Source: Gekko japonicus
Lineage: Eukaryota
Assembly (NCBI RefSeq): GCF_001447785.1
Contig: NW_015164664.1
Location: 712,274 to 776,273, forward strand
DNA: 64,000 nucleotides
Reading direction: 5' to 3'
Part shown: positions 1 through 54,500 of the stretch, one piece after another
Layout of the letters: each line of letters starts with the position of its first letter
Position numbering within the stretch: position 1 is the first letter of the stretch
The notes under the pieces: generated by a model
What the model was told of the DNA's origin: nothing
Database searches by the model: none
What the model saw: the letters and a program-made list of their open reading frames with translations, nothing else
Position numbers and translations under genes: made by a program

Positions 1-156
1 ATGTTTGGGTTTTGTAACCCGTGAATGGCTCCATAGACCTAGGGGACACCTTCCTGTTTGTCCAGTATTGGTCACTCACCAACCATGACCACTTTCTGCC
101 ACTCAGGGTGTGTTGGAAGATCACTTTGATACCTTCTCCATAGCTGTACAATTTAT

Positions 157-225
157 AGAATCATCGAGTTGGGAGGTACCTCCAGGGTCATCTAGTCCAA
201 CCCCCTGTACAATGCAGGAAATTCA
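157..225 (-). mobile_element. CR1-type 3' end fragment
   Basis: AGAATCATCGAGTTGGGAGGTACCTCCAGGGTCATCTAGTCCAACCCC is the reverse complement of a typical CR1 tail. Confidence 0.65.
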
Positions 226-482
226 CGAACACTTCCCCCTCCACACCTGCAATTACCGCTCCCACTCCCACTGAAGACCTTTGGAAGTCCAAATGTGGAT
301 GTATTTTCTAGAAGCTATTTAAGATGTTTTAGGTAATAGGAAAAAGCAAATGCTAGAATATGGTAGGGAAGTAGATGATGGGATTGTTTTTATCATGTAT
401 ATGCATTCTTGTTTTGGTTTTAAATAACTTGCACTGAACCCAGGGAAGCTTAGGAAAAGCTGCATTAATGATCCTACAGTAA

Positions 483-2155
483 GGGGACCTTTGGAGGCAC
501 CTGGATCAGGGTGGATTGGTAGTGTTGCTGTTGGACCTGTCAGCGGCATTTGACACGGTCAACCACCAACTACTGATCCACCACCTCGCCCATGTTGGGA
601 TTCAGGGTCTGCCTTGCAGTGGCTCTCCTCATTCCTACAAGGTTGGTGACAAAGGGTGGCACTAGGGGAACAGCTGTCCCAAAGGCACCCGCTAGTCTGT
701 GGAGTGCCACAAGGGGCGGTACTTTCCCAGATGCTCTTTAACATCTATATGCGCCCTCTTGCCCAGATTGCCCAGAGGCATGGATTGGGTTGTCACCAAT
801 ATGCAGATGACACCCAGCTCTAGCTGTTGTTGGGCGGCCAGTCAGACTCTAACCCGGGAGATCTGGACCTGGCGTTGCAGGCCGTGGTTGGCTGGCTTAG
901 ACTGAGCTGACTGAAATTGAATATGACGAAGACGGAGGTCCTGTGCCTAAGTTGGGGCGAGCCAGGGTTAGGGATTCCACTCCCATCCTTTGATGGGGCA
1001 CCACTCATGCCAGCGTCGGAGATAAGGAGCATGGGAGTGCTCCTGGATGCTTCTCTAACGATGGAGGCCCAGGTAGCAGCCACTGCTAAGTCAGCCTTTT
1101 ACCATTTTCGGCTGATAAGGCAGTTGGTTCCCTTCCTCGAACACAATGACTTGGCGGCAGTGATCCATGCTATGGTCACCTCGAGATTAGATTACTGCAA
1201 CACTCTCTACATGGGGCTGCCCTTGACCCAAATCCGGAAGCTTCAGCTGGTGCAGAATGCAGCGGCCAGACTGTTGATGGGACTCCCCATGCGAGAGCAC
1301 ATCCAGCTTGCACTGAAAGCACTGCACTGGCTACCTATAGCGTACCGAATTCGCTTCAAGGTGCTGGTGCTTATCTTTAAAGCCCTTTATGGTCAGGGAC
1401 CTACCTACCTACCTGAGGGACCGCCTTTCCCCACATGTTCCCCAGAGAGCACTATGGTCAGGGTTGCAAAATCGTCTGGCCCTAAGGATGCCAGGCTGAC
1501 ATTGACCAGGACCAGGGCTTTTTCTGTGGCAGCTCCAACTGGGTGGAATGAGCTTCCAGAAGAGATCAGGGCTCTGTGGGACCTTTCACAGTTCTGCAGG
1601 GCCGCAAAAAGGGAGCTCTTCCGCCAAGCATTTATGTAAGGAGCTGCATTTCACCATCTATGCCCTGTGCCAATATTATTTCCAGCTGGAGCCCGCCGAC
1701 TGTGGAACTTATCACTGAGTGTATGTGTCCATATGCACTTTATCACAGCTGTACCGCCATTGTTTTTTTCCCCCCTATGAATTTTTTTTATTTAAAAAAA
1801 TGAAAAATTTACATTAAAATTAACATCAACAATCCCCCGGGTTCCCCTCGCACCCCCCCATAATTAAAAAAAAAGTTCATATAAACTACTTTATAAAACA
1901 ACAAGGATCTAACTCAATAAATTACTATAACTACACTCCACAGAACAGACTGTAGACCTAACATGAGGCTAATCAGAGATTTATCAAGTCCAGTACCGCC
2001 ATTGTTATGTAAATTGTTTTTAATAACTATGGTGTGGGTTTTTATATTAACATTTATATTTTATGTTGTTTTATTTATTGTTACCTTGTGTAAGCCGCCC
2101 TGAGCCTGCCTCAGCAGGGAGGGCGGGGTAAAAATCAAATAAATAAATAAATAAA
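483..2155 (+). mobile_element. L2-clade LINE, 5'-truncated with degenerate RT
   Basis: LLDLSAAFDTV and YADD motifs. ORF 917-1639 contains SRLDYCN, LQLVQNAAARL and LHWLP. 3' tail GTAAGCCGCCCTGAG…(TAAA)n. Confidence 0.92.
1765..1992 (-). mobile_element. Short retroposed insert nested in the L2 3' UTR
   Basis: Flanked by a 14-bp direct repeat GTACCGCCATTGTT (1751-1764, 1993-2006), with a T-rich left end. Confidence 0.7.
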
Positions 2156-2419
2156 TGATCAGGAAGGTTTGCTTACTTAAAATACATATTCCCTATTTTT
2201 CTCTTCCAAATGAGACTATTGGCCCTAGGTCAAAAAGAGTGAGGGATACCAAACTAGCAAGGGTGTTCTGTTTCTCAAAGAGACAAAAGTTTGAGGTGTT
2301 TATGCGAGTCAGTTGCAGGGGAGCCCAAAGGCTCCATGTAAGTCCTTGAACACTGGCTTGGTGCTTGCCTGTTCATCCTTTCATTCTGAAGTTTATGGCC
2401 TAATGCCTTTGTACTGTGA

Positions 2420-23447
<21,028 letters not shown>

Positions 23448-23574
23448 GCTCATCAGTGGATCAAGTGAAGTCCGCAGCCCATTTTAGGAGTTAAATTTTC
23501 CCATTCAGGACAGCCAGTGCTGCTAAGAGACTTCTTGTTCATTTTTGTGTGCACATGTATTACAAGTGAATGTA

Positions 23575-23621
23575 NNNNNNNNNNNNNNNNNNNNNNNNNN
23601 NNNNNNNNNNNNNNNNNNNNN
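23575..23621. other. Assembly gap in the TAF1 3' UTR
   Basis: Run of N. Confidence 1.
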
Positions 23622-23826
23622 TCATTTCACAAATGCAACATCTGTGTACATGTGATGTGTTATTTCTGGCATAGCTAAAAATGGTGCAACCACAATGAGC
23701 CTTGAATGGCTGATTTGTATGCTGATCCTAATACAACTTGCCTACGAAGCCCTTTTACTTCCAATTGTGACTGATTCAGCTTATAGGTGTTTGTTTACAT
23801 ATGTTGAAACACTTATCCCAAATGTG

Positions 23827-23832
23827 AATAAA
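23827..23832 (+). terminator. Probable TAF1 polyadenylation signal
   Basis: AATAAA about 380 nt after the stop codon, followed by GT/T-rich sequence. Confidence 0.6.
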
Positions 23833-24034
23833 CCTGTTTTTTACGAAGCCAGTGTGGTTGTTTTTGCTTGCTGCTCACTGCCCTTCCTCCTATGTAACTA
23901 GCAGGTGAAAGTTTTAGCCTGTTTCATGTTTGATTTTAGTATTATGTGGTTTTTGGATCCAGCCTGCTGTTACCAATCAAGAGGGAGGATGTGTGGTTTG
24001 GCAGTCTATTTTACAAGAGAACCAGGACCCTCTA

Positions 24035-24545
24035 TTTTATTTTATTTATTATTTCAATTTGTATCCTGGCTTGCCACAGAACTGGCTCAAGGCGGCTAAC
24101 AACATTAAAAACACTAAAACAATAAATACATTAAAATACAATGGAGAATAAATACAACTGCTTAAGCAACTAAACAGTACTACTAATAATGATGATGGCA
24201 GCGTGCAAATACAAACAGCAGCAATAACCAGCCAATGTTTCGTGCAGGCCGAGCTGTATTCCGGCGGCGCATTCGTCAGTGGCGCTTTCATCAGTGGCGG
24301 CTCCTAATCAAAGGCCTGGTGGAAGAGCTCCGTTTTGCAGGCCCTGCAGAACTGTAAAAGGTCCCGCAGGGCCCTGATGTTATCCGGGAGCTTTCCACCA
24401 GTGTGGAGCCGCCACTGAAAAGGCCCTGGCTCTGGTAGCAGCCAACTTGAAGTCTCTCGGGCCAGGAAGAGTCAGGCGATTCTGTGTTCCTGACCTCAGT
24501 GCTCTCTGGGGCACATGTGGGGAAAGACGGTCCCTCAAGTAGGCA
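24035..24545 (-). mobile_element. L2 LINE 3' fragment
   Basis: Similar to 22040-22330, with a (TTTA)n tail at ~24035. Confidence 0.85.
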
Positions 24546-24744
24546 GTAACCTTCCTGGGTGCCCCTTATCACTAGACATCTGCTTTGAGTTTCTTCACAC
24601 ACTACTATTCAAACTGCAGGCTGTACACTGCAACCGTATGCACGCAAACTTAGGAGGAAATATGTGTAGTAAATATGTTTAGATTTGCTGCCTTGAATGC
24701 CTTTCATACACAAGAGGGGCAACAGTAGGCTGTGTATGCTCTAG

Positions 24745-24975
24745 TTGTTAGAGCAGATTTCTGGTAGTACAAAACTTGTGTCCAGTAGTACGTTAAAGAG
24801 GAATAAAATTTCCCAGAATATAAGCTTCAGTAGTGAAAGATCAATCTGTCAGATAAGGATCTGAAGAAGTGAGCTGACTTACGAAAGCTTATAGCATGGA
24901 AAATATTGGCTGAAGGTGCTCCTGGACTCGAATTTTGTTCTACTACCGACTAACATGGCTGCCCACTTGAAACTA
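24745..24975. mobile_element. Inverted pair of Penelope terminal repeats with a hammerhead-like core
   Basis: TCCAGTAGTAC…CAGAT then ATCTGAAGAAGTGAGCTGACTTACGAAAGCTTAT…GGTGCTCCTGGAC. Confidence 0.75.
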
Positions 24976-25632
24976 GATTCATAGTCGGGACGTAATGGCT
25001 CCTCGGGGGCGGGGGCGCACACCTTTAAGTCTCTTCCCGAGCCTAACAAACGCTATGCTGAGCGCTGCTTTCATGTTTTGTTTTCTCTCGGTCAGGCTTC
25101 TGAAGACATTTCGCCGCCTCCTTCGTAGTCCCGTAGAACATTTCACCGAGGGGAGTTGGCTTCCCTTGGGCCCTGCCATTGTCGAATTCCCGCCCTTTCC
25201 CTTCCCATCGGCCTCCGCGAAGCCGCCCGACGGTGACGCCCCGGATGTAGCCTTGGAGGAGGAGGAGGAGGGAGACGAGGCTCCTGAGGCGCATGTGTGC
25301 TGCGCTAGTGTGTCGCAGAGCCAATTTAGCGGAAGAACATTAGAAAAACCAATATTGTGTCCTCATACGGAAACAGCTCTTGTTAGAGCCAGTGCAAAAA
25401 TAGTGACGCAGGAATATCTGGCGAAGCAAACGAAGTGGACTTTATGTGCTACCGCCGCGGCGGCGTTCTTACAACCGGGACGTCATTCTTCTGCATCGCA
25501 GGGAGTACTTTGTCAGTGAAAAGAAGATCCGGCGGCACCCCGCCCAGTGTCAGTGTTCTCACTGCAGCCGCCATTTCAGGAGGTGCAGCCTGACGGCTGA
25601 GAGAGTCAGTGGGGCGCCTGAGAGCTGGAACT

Positions 25633-46183
<20,551 letters not shown>

Positions 46184-46945
46184 AGAACTTCAGGCCTTGA
46201 GAAGAAAACCCTTCAGGAAATATCTGATTCCTGAGCAGAGGCAGTGGGGAGCCATGGACTCCATATCTGCTTGATCTGCCTGCTACCAGATGTGATCTAT
46301 GAAGAGCACAGCCGGACTCATCTCCTGCATGATGGGGAGATGAGAAATTTTGTATCCCATGGGGAGTTTGCAGTTGAGCTGTGTGGCCTTGGTTTGTGCC
46401 TGCAGGGAAAGGTGTGAGAAGCCCAGGCAATTGTGATTTCATGGGTTCAGTTTTCCTGTGAATTAGATTTTTCTCTTCCTGCATCGATTTGGAATTGGAG
46501 CTTTTTAATATTTGGTTTTCAGGTATTCCTGTTGGTACGTATGTGGGGTTCCTCTGGCAAGATTTCTGGCTAGTGAGTGTTGCTCCTCCCTGAGATATTT
46601 TTCTGAGCTCTACTGGGGGTGGGGTGTCTGCTGGTGAAGCTTTTTTATAGGTTTTATAAACCACTTAAGCGTATCAGCTTTATTACTGTTTGACTTCTCT
46701 TTTGTGGACTTTTCTGTGCCATCTTGATTTAGATGAGGATTTTTAACACTTCATCTGTGTAAATTAATCTCAAGATGACATCTTTTCTCTGCAAAAAATT
46801 AAATTCAATTTAAAGCTTATTCTTCTCTTCCCACCCTTCCCCCAATACATGGAGAGAACACAACCTGGTGCCAAATGCATATTCTTCAGGAATGATAGCA
46901 GCTACAGAGGTGCAGGCCTAGCCACTGTAGCAAATACTTTACAAA

Positions 46946-46951
46946 AATAAA
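46946..46951 (+). terminator. Probable OGT polyadenylation signal
   Basis: First clear AATAAA, about 760 nt after the stop, followed by GT-rich sequence. Confidence 0.55.
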
Positions 46952-47944
46952 AGCGTTTGTTCAGTTTGGCCCATCAGACATGTTTTGCTGTTCCTCCTTG
47001 TCAAAACAATGATGTATTTGGCCACTGGCCTCTTGATGTGCTTTTCTAGGCTTCCTTTTTAAAAATGCAGCTCTTCTGTTCACTTGAGCACAAATGCAAT
47101 CCCAGGTAAGTATGGATTTTCTTTTCAGTGTCTGCCTCCATTTTGAACAGCTTTTACTATGGTGTGTTTCTTGGCAGAACTCCCGGAATATTTTTTTTGT
47201 TATTTGAGAGTGCAAGACATTTAATTTATATATTAAATGAGCAAGATGGAATCATTCTTAATCTCTTCACCTGCTTTGTCTGCAGGTTCTAAACAAAGCA
47301 GTGTCACTGTGGTTGGTTGTGCTGCACACAGGTAGTTGGTATTAGAGACTAGAGAACAGTTCCCTACACATACTGTTCCCACACACCTTTTAGTAGATTC
47401 AGTTGATGCTCAGGTATTTAAGCCTGAGATATGCTTGACTGCAGTGCCAGTGGTCTTTGTTTTAGTAGCAGTTCAGTTGAACAAGATGTGAGGCCCTATG
47501 CTCAAATCGCTCCTTTACAAGAGCAATGGGTTGCTTGTTATGGCAGGTGAGGACTTCTAACTCTTGCCTCTTATTGAGAGGACTCCTTAGGAGCTGATGC
47601 TGCAGCTTGAGTACACATACACCTGGATTAAATTTGGAGTAGAGGTTAATTTAGAAACTGTGTCCTCAACAGATTAACCACTGTGTGTAGTTTTAAGATG
47701 AGAAAAGAAGGGATTTTTTTCCCTTGAGAGTGCAGTTTACTTCTGCTTGCTCACTGTATCAACTCTTGTTTCCAGATAACTGTATGACAAATACAAATGA
47801 AAATCACTGGCTTCTGCTGTGTTGTCATCATTGGGGTGGCTGGGAATCTGAAATCTGCTTTTCTTGGTAATGATTCTAAATGAGAACTGAAACCTGTGGG
47901 TCAGCATCATCAGTCATTCACCTCTATAAAAGCAGTACAACTGG

Positions 47945-48155
47945 AAAAAGAGCAGTAGAGTTTTATACCCTGCTTTTCTCTACCCTAAGGAGTCTCAAGG
48001 CAGCTTACTGTCACATTCCTTTCCTTCCTTTCCCCCCAACAGGCACCTTGTGAGGTAAGTGGGGCCGAGAGAGTTCTGAGAGAACTGTAACTGGCCCAAG
48101 ACCATACAGTGGGCTTCATGTGGAGGAGGAGTGGGGAATCCAACCCAGTTCGCCA
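47945..48155 (-). mobile_element. Squam3-type SINE
   Basis: Reverse complement of the 8956 family. Confidence 0.8.
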
Positions 48156-48159
48156 GACA

Positions 48160-49545
48160 TTGTGTCTGTGTACTCCTACTTGACAAAGGAGTTAAGCAGG
48201 GCTGCATTTTGTCCTCTTTTTAACCAATACAACAACAACTTGGTGCAAAACCTAATAAATATAAGCTTCCATTCTCCAAAGCTTGCTGATAAAAAAATTC
48301 CTGCCTTGCTATATGCAGATGATACTGTTATTCTATCCCATTCACAGGTGGGCCTTAGGAAACCACTCCATGCCTTTACTGCATACTGTAAAGTGGAGCA
48401 GATAAACCACCAAAAAACGAAAGTCCTCATCTTTACCAAAAAGCATTGAAACCATAGATAGCAAATAAAGGCTGCAACACTGAACAAACAAAAATCTTTA
48501 AATATCTTGGCACAGGCCTCCATGTTAAATGTTAGAGAGCTCAGTCAATGCATGCTGCAGAGACTGCCCACAGAGCATCCTCCACCATTCTAACATTCTG
48601 CTTCGCAAAAGAGTAATTCCTGCGGTAATCAAGGTCTTCCAAGAAAAGTTTGTTATCCAGCTCTTATACAGTTCCCAGCTCTGTATTTACAAAAAATAGG
48701 CATTTACTGGAAGTTCCTACGAGTAATCTTTTGAGTCCCACAGTGTATTCCAAATGCCCGTCTCAAATTAGAGGCTGGGCTGATCTTGGAGACACGTATG
48801 TGGATACTTACATCCACATACTGGCTAAAGCTCATTTTCAATCTGGTAGGTCTAGTATCCTTGATCCTTGCTGATAGCTGCTGCTCAACTTGGCAAAGAA
48901 CAGTTGATGGGAAACTCCAGAAACATGGCCTCTCCTCCCAAGTTTTACTACATATTGGGTATCAGAAAGCAGAAGAATTAAACTAGTTCTGGGATCATGC
49001 TCTACAGCTAGATAGGGCACAGATATAGAAATACTCAGTTATTCTGCAGCATGCCGAATGTTTTCAACCAGCTGATTATTTTAGATCTCTTGAGATCTCC
49101 AAATATTGGAGACTACCCTGGCCTGCTTTAATGCATTACCTGGAGCCCTCCTGGAAGGCAGCTACCATTGTCTTCATTGGCTTTGTCGGTGTCACACGGA
49201 ACGTAGAGTCTACAGAACATGTTCTTGCTGCATTGCCCATTCTATGACATCCAACATCAGTGTATTGCTCCAATTCAGTCAACTCTACAGGGAAGCTCTG
49301 AACAGCTGTGTGTTTCCTCACAGATTCTTCCCAGGAGACAATAAAGTTGCCAAATTATGCTTGTGGATGTGTGGGATATGTGAGTGGCTGACTGAGTCCT
49401 AATAACTTTGCCCATCTTGCCGGAGGAAGGTATTACCTTTTCTGTCCCACTTAATCTGCTCATTGTTTTCTGCTTGTTGACTGCATGTATTCTCGTTTTA
49501 AATTCGTGCTGACTCTTCAGAGCTGATTTTGTATCTTAATAAAAT
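48160..49545 (+). mobile_element. Degenerate LINE RT fragment
   Basis: PLFNQY…LLYADD…INHQKTKVLIF and FKYLG-like motifs, with many frameshifts. Confidence 0.8.
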
Positions 49546-49758
49546 CTGACTTGTACTTGCCTGTGAAACCTTAATAATGTTTAATATCTATGATGGGGAG
49601 GGGGGCAAGACATGAAACGGTTATCATTGGTTTCACCCAATCACCAAACCAGTGTGATGCTTGACTGTATTATATTTGCGCCCTTGCCCAGCTCGCAAAT
49701 TGTCATTAAGATGATCAGTAGGTAATAATGTAATAGTATGAGCCTACTGCTGTATATA

Positions 49759-50096
49759 GATCTGGAGCTGCGGTGGCTCAAGTGGTTAAGACACTGAACT
49801 GCAGGCTGCGGAAGGTCAGTACTTCAGCAGTTTGGGTGCCGGATAATGGAGTGAGCTCCCATCTCTAGTTCCAGCTCCTGCCAACCTAGCAGTTTGAAGG
49901 CAAGAAATTGCAAGTAGATAAATAGGTACCACTTCGGTGGGAAGGTAACAGCGTTCCGTGCACCTTGGTGTTTAGTCATGCCGGCCACATGACCAGGGAA
50001 ATGTCTTCGGACAGCGCTGGCTCTTCGGCTTTGAAACGGAGATGAGCACCGCAACCCTAAAGTCGGATTCGACTGGCTTTCGAGCAAGGGAACCTT
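49759..50096 (+). mobile_element. Sauria SINE, full length
   Basis: Core AATAGGTACCACTTCGGTGGGAAGGTAAC, ACCTTT tail, and a 14-bp TSD TACTGCTGTATATA (49745-49758, 50097-50110). Confidence 0.9.
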
Positions 50097-50579
50097 TACT
50101 GCTGTATATACATTTGAAGTAAATTTGAGTTGCCTCTAGGGGGACCTAGTATTCGCTTAGATAAGGGGCTTATGAGGTGGAAATCTAACAAGCTGAACAT
50201 TTTGAATCCAAATACCAAGTGGGCTCTTCAAGGGAGAAGGTATTTTTTATGTGGTAGATGGTGAGAGCATTTCCCTGAGATGGGAAGACTTCCATTCTCT
50301 GGACTTTTTCAGTATTGGTGGGGTTGGTCCATTGTTTCCCTTTCTGTGGCTGATGCAGCTGTCCTAAAGTAGTTGTAAGTAAATGCCCGCCTCAGTAGCA
50401 AAGCGCGTAGGGACCTAGTTAAGGGAAGATGTTGGCATGCAGTGGGTCAGACCCACACTAACTTAGCAAGGCGTCTTGAGCATGCATTCGCTGAAATTCT
50501 CCACCCAGCCACTGCGTTTCATGGGGTTGTTCCTTTACCTTTGTTGCGCAGGGGGTAGCAACACTTCAAAAACCAATTT

Positions 50580-51300
50580 CTAGGTCAAACGCCCTTTAAA
50601 CACAGTCCTGTAGCGTTTTCAGAACGAGGTTCGCGTTCTCTCTTCGCCGTTTTGCAGGCGCTAACTATATTCGCCGCCATAAAGACATTGCCACGCGCGT
50701 TCTGTCCGAGCCGCATTCCGCCTACCCACCCTGTTGTCATAGTAACGGCGGAACCAATGTCCACCAAAAGAACTGTTGTGTGGATTCCACCCCCTTTGCA
50801 CTCAGGCGAGCCCTGTGTGTTGTTCAAGACGCTATCGGCCAGGCAGGGCAGCGGCTAGTAAGGGAAAGTGAGTGGAAGAACGAGTAGAGTGCGGCTGGAT
50901 TTAAATATTTTTGCTGCCCAGGAAAGGGGACGACGCCATTTTGTAAGCGTGACTGGCAGCGAACTCTGCCGTGGTCAGGTGAATGCGCGTTGCCGGGGTT
51001 CTGTGGCTTAGGGGGGCGGGGCCCGATGGTGTGGGCGTGGCAACGAGACCGTATTAGAGCTTTCAACGGCCCTTCAGGACTCCGCCGTTTCTCTTTATTC
51101 AGTTAGTTGTTACGTGTTTAGGAATGTCCGAACGATAAGCAGAAATTCAACCGGAGAAACTTCCCCTGCCCTTCCTGCTCAGCTTCCCCACCTCCTTTAT
51201 AAGCCTGAGCAGCTGTGAAATGTAGATTTGGGGGTGGTGCTAATGGAGGGCGGAAGTTTGGGGAGGGGGGGGTGCTCGGTGGCCGTGTGTGTGATGCCAT
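50580..51300 (+). promoter_or_regulatory. CpG-island promoter upstream of the centrin-like gene
   Basis: CpG rich. RFX X-box-like GTTGTCATAGTAAC 50733-50746, CCAAT 50754, YY1-like CGCCATTTTG 50934, donor-like CAG|GTGAAT at 50978, GC boxes. Confidence 0.75.
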
Positions 51301-51541
51301 GATGTCCACCAACTAAAGCTGCCATTTTCCTCAGTGGAACTGTTCCCAGTACTCTGGGATCATTTTAATCCCAGGAGACCTCCAGGTCCCTGCCGGAATA
51401 AACATAGGAGTCTGCTAGAGCACACCTTTCCCAAGGTGAATCTTGCTGCAGGAAGCTATAAGCACCCCTGGTTTGTCCTCACTGCTTGTCCTCACAAGGT
51501 GGCGCATTTCCTTGCATTCTGAAGTGGGGGGGGGGGCGCTC

Positions 51542-54500
51542 ATGGTAACATTCACCTCTTTGTGTTTCTCTGTTCATGGACCTTCCAAGTGCTGAGTGTA
51601 TGAGCACTGAAATACATTCAGTGTTTTGCAGCCCTGATTAAGGTTAAAAAGCTGTTAAATAAAGGACATTCTTGACTGTTTTGGCAAAGGGACCCCCCCT
51701 TGCAGTACACAACCCTACCTTAAAGGTTATTAATATAAATTTTAATGAAATACTAACCAGTTTTCTAATCAACCATGTGGACAGCATATAGCAGACATGA
51801 TACAATGTACCTAGATGGTGCATTTCACTGGGTGTAAAAATGCCTGTCTGGTGTCTGTCACTTGGGATGGGGCCACTGTTGAAAGGGCTGCTGTTAACTG
51901 CTGGATCTTGTCTAATAAGAGAATTGGAGCATAGCCTTTCCCTGATGATCTCAAAGGATAGAACCTGTTGTATTTGTTTAATGGGTTTATTAGTTACTTT
52001 GCAATTGGAAAAGCTTTTGTAGTGAATTAGAAAGTGGTCAGACGCAGTTAAGATGAGTCAACTATACCCAGTGAGCTGTCAGGAAGCATCTTCCCTCAGG
52101 TCCTCTCCACTAGACAGAAAAATCCTGGGAGTCCCATATAGTCACACGTGAACAGACATGAAACTGCCTTGCACCAGAGGTCTTTCACATCACCTACTAC
52201 CTAGTCCCTTTAACCGGAAATGCTGGGGGTTGAACCTGGGACCTTCTGCATGCCAAGCAGATGCCCCACTACTGAGCCACAGCTGCTCCCCCAGAGTCCT
52301 TTTGTTTGTTTCATCAGCCTCTGATCTGGTCTGTTGGGAGCAGACATCACCTCATTCAACTACGTGGGGCCCGTGGTGTGGGATGAACAGCAGTGTTGTT
52401 TGGGACAGTGTTGTTTGGAAGAAGGAATCTCAGTGGTGTCTTTTGCTTTGGTATTGACCCTCTTCCAGGCTTCTAAGGCCAAAAAATCCTTAGTAGGGGG
52501 AATGGCCCAGAAACGAAGAACTGGCCCCAAGCTTGAACTCACTGCAGACCAAAAGCAGCAAATGCGAGAGGCTTTTGACCTGCTGGATGCTGATGGCACA
52601 GGCACCATTGACGTGAAAGACCTGAAGGCAAGTTCCTTGGTTTTATTTGCTTCCCATATGCCAAAAGACCAAAGTGGAATCCCTTGTTTATTTCAATAGT
52701 CACAGAGGGATAGCCAAGCCACCTTAGTCTGTTGCAACAAAACTGGACAGGAATCTTGTTACAAGACTAATAAGATTTTATTCTAGCATAAACTTTTGTG
52801 AACTAGAGCCCATTTTGTGAGGTGCATGTAATAGTTCTTACTAAGTAGATGTTTATATATGAGGTTACGAAGGAAAAAATATAAATGGCAAGTCAAAGGC
52901 CGTGAAGTACAAGGTAAGATATTGCCAGGTAACATTCAAAAGTGATTGAAATACATCTCATCCCGCATTTTATGGCCAAACATCATTGAAAGATGCTGTC
53001 ACTATGGAAAGGGTTTTCTGCTATGGTTATGCGAGTCCACCTAAACAAAGCGAACTATAAAAGTACTAAGGAAGAAAATTAAAAATGCAGGCCCTATTTT
53101 TATCTGGCAGGACTGCCTGAGGAAAGTTCTTTTTGAAATCCATCATGAACTGCCTGTCCATATTCCTTCAAGCCTATCTCTGTTTTATTAGGACACTCAA
53201 GTGTTATTGAACACAAAGTTCATTTTGAATTTATTTAGAATCTTCTAGCAGTTGCTAAAGTATTAGCAGTTAAATGGTGTACTTCCACAGTACTGTCTAG
53301 TGGTTTAGGAGTGACAATACTTTACAGTTCAAGAAAAAGGGAGAGCAAATCAAATACAGAACTTTGTTAACTAAACTCTGTTACACAAAACACTCTGAGT
53401 GCCTTGAACAGAAGTTTGTGTGTGTGTCCCCCCCCTTTTCTTGAAGTATCTGTTGTGTCAATGGAGGTCTTACTTGGATCAGTCTTGGGGGAGGGGAGTT
53501 AAGTCTTCCCCCCCTAGCACTGTGTTCCCTAACACAAGTGGCCCTGGGGAGTAGCTGCCCTGTTGAAGGAAACTTAAAAGTATCTCTCAGTGCCTTGTCT
53601 TTCTTTGTTGATACTTGCCTTGTAATGTCTGAAGGTGTCCATACGAGCACTGGGGTTTGAACCCACGAAGGAAGAGCTCAAGAGAATTGTGCTTGAAGTG
53701 GATAAGGAAGGATCAGGGAAAATCGGCTTCGATGCCTTTTATTCTGTGATGACTGAAAAAATGGTATGTCTGCAATTCAACAGTGTATATAAATGGAAAT
53801 GTTCTTTAAGAGTCTTGAGGCACTACAGGGACTGTAAGACCTATTGTGGCAGATGGCGTTATGGCTTAGCAATGCCCATTTTGTCAGATGGATGTGGGGG
53901 GTGGATCAGAGCAGGTGGGAAAGCACGGGGGCAGCACAGTAGTGGTAGGGGAAAGTGTGGTCAAGTTGCAGCTGACTTATGGTGATCCAGTAGGGTTGTG
54001 AAGACAAAAGGCGAACAGAGGTGGGTTGCAATCGGCATAGTGACCCTGGACTTCCTTGGTGGTCTCCCATCCATGTACTGATCCAGGCCAACCCCGTTTA
54101 GCTTCCGAGATCTGACAAGATTGGGCTCGCCCAGGGCCATCCAAGTCAGGGCGGGCGGCATAGAGCCTGTGACATTTCTGTGGGATTTCTGCTGCAGTTT
54201 CTAATGACAGAGATATTTCTGTACAACAAAAAATTGAATGAGGGGAATGTAAATACAAATGTTTGTCAGTGCATTCAAGGACTATGGACTTTATTTATTT
54301 ACAAAATCTATATGCTGCCATTCTGCTCAGTGAGGGCCCCCAAGTGTTTAACAGGTAAAATAAAACATTATAAAATCATAGGATTAAAGCAATTGCTAAA
54401 AACAATTAAAACCAAAAGTAAAATACATATTAAAAGTATACATAAAACACAGAGCCGGAAGGAGGGATCATTGAGGGAATGTGAAGTGAAACAAAAAGGC

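Noticed and set aside
53960-54155. 5S rRNA gene
   Set aside because: Only the internal promoter region resembles 5S and it continues into a SINE tail.
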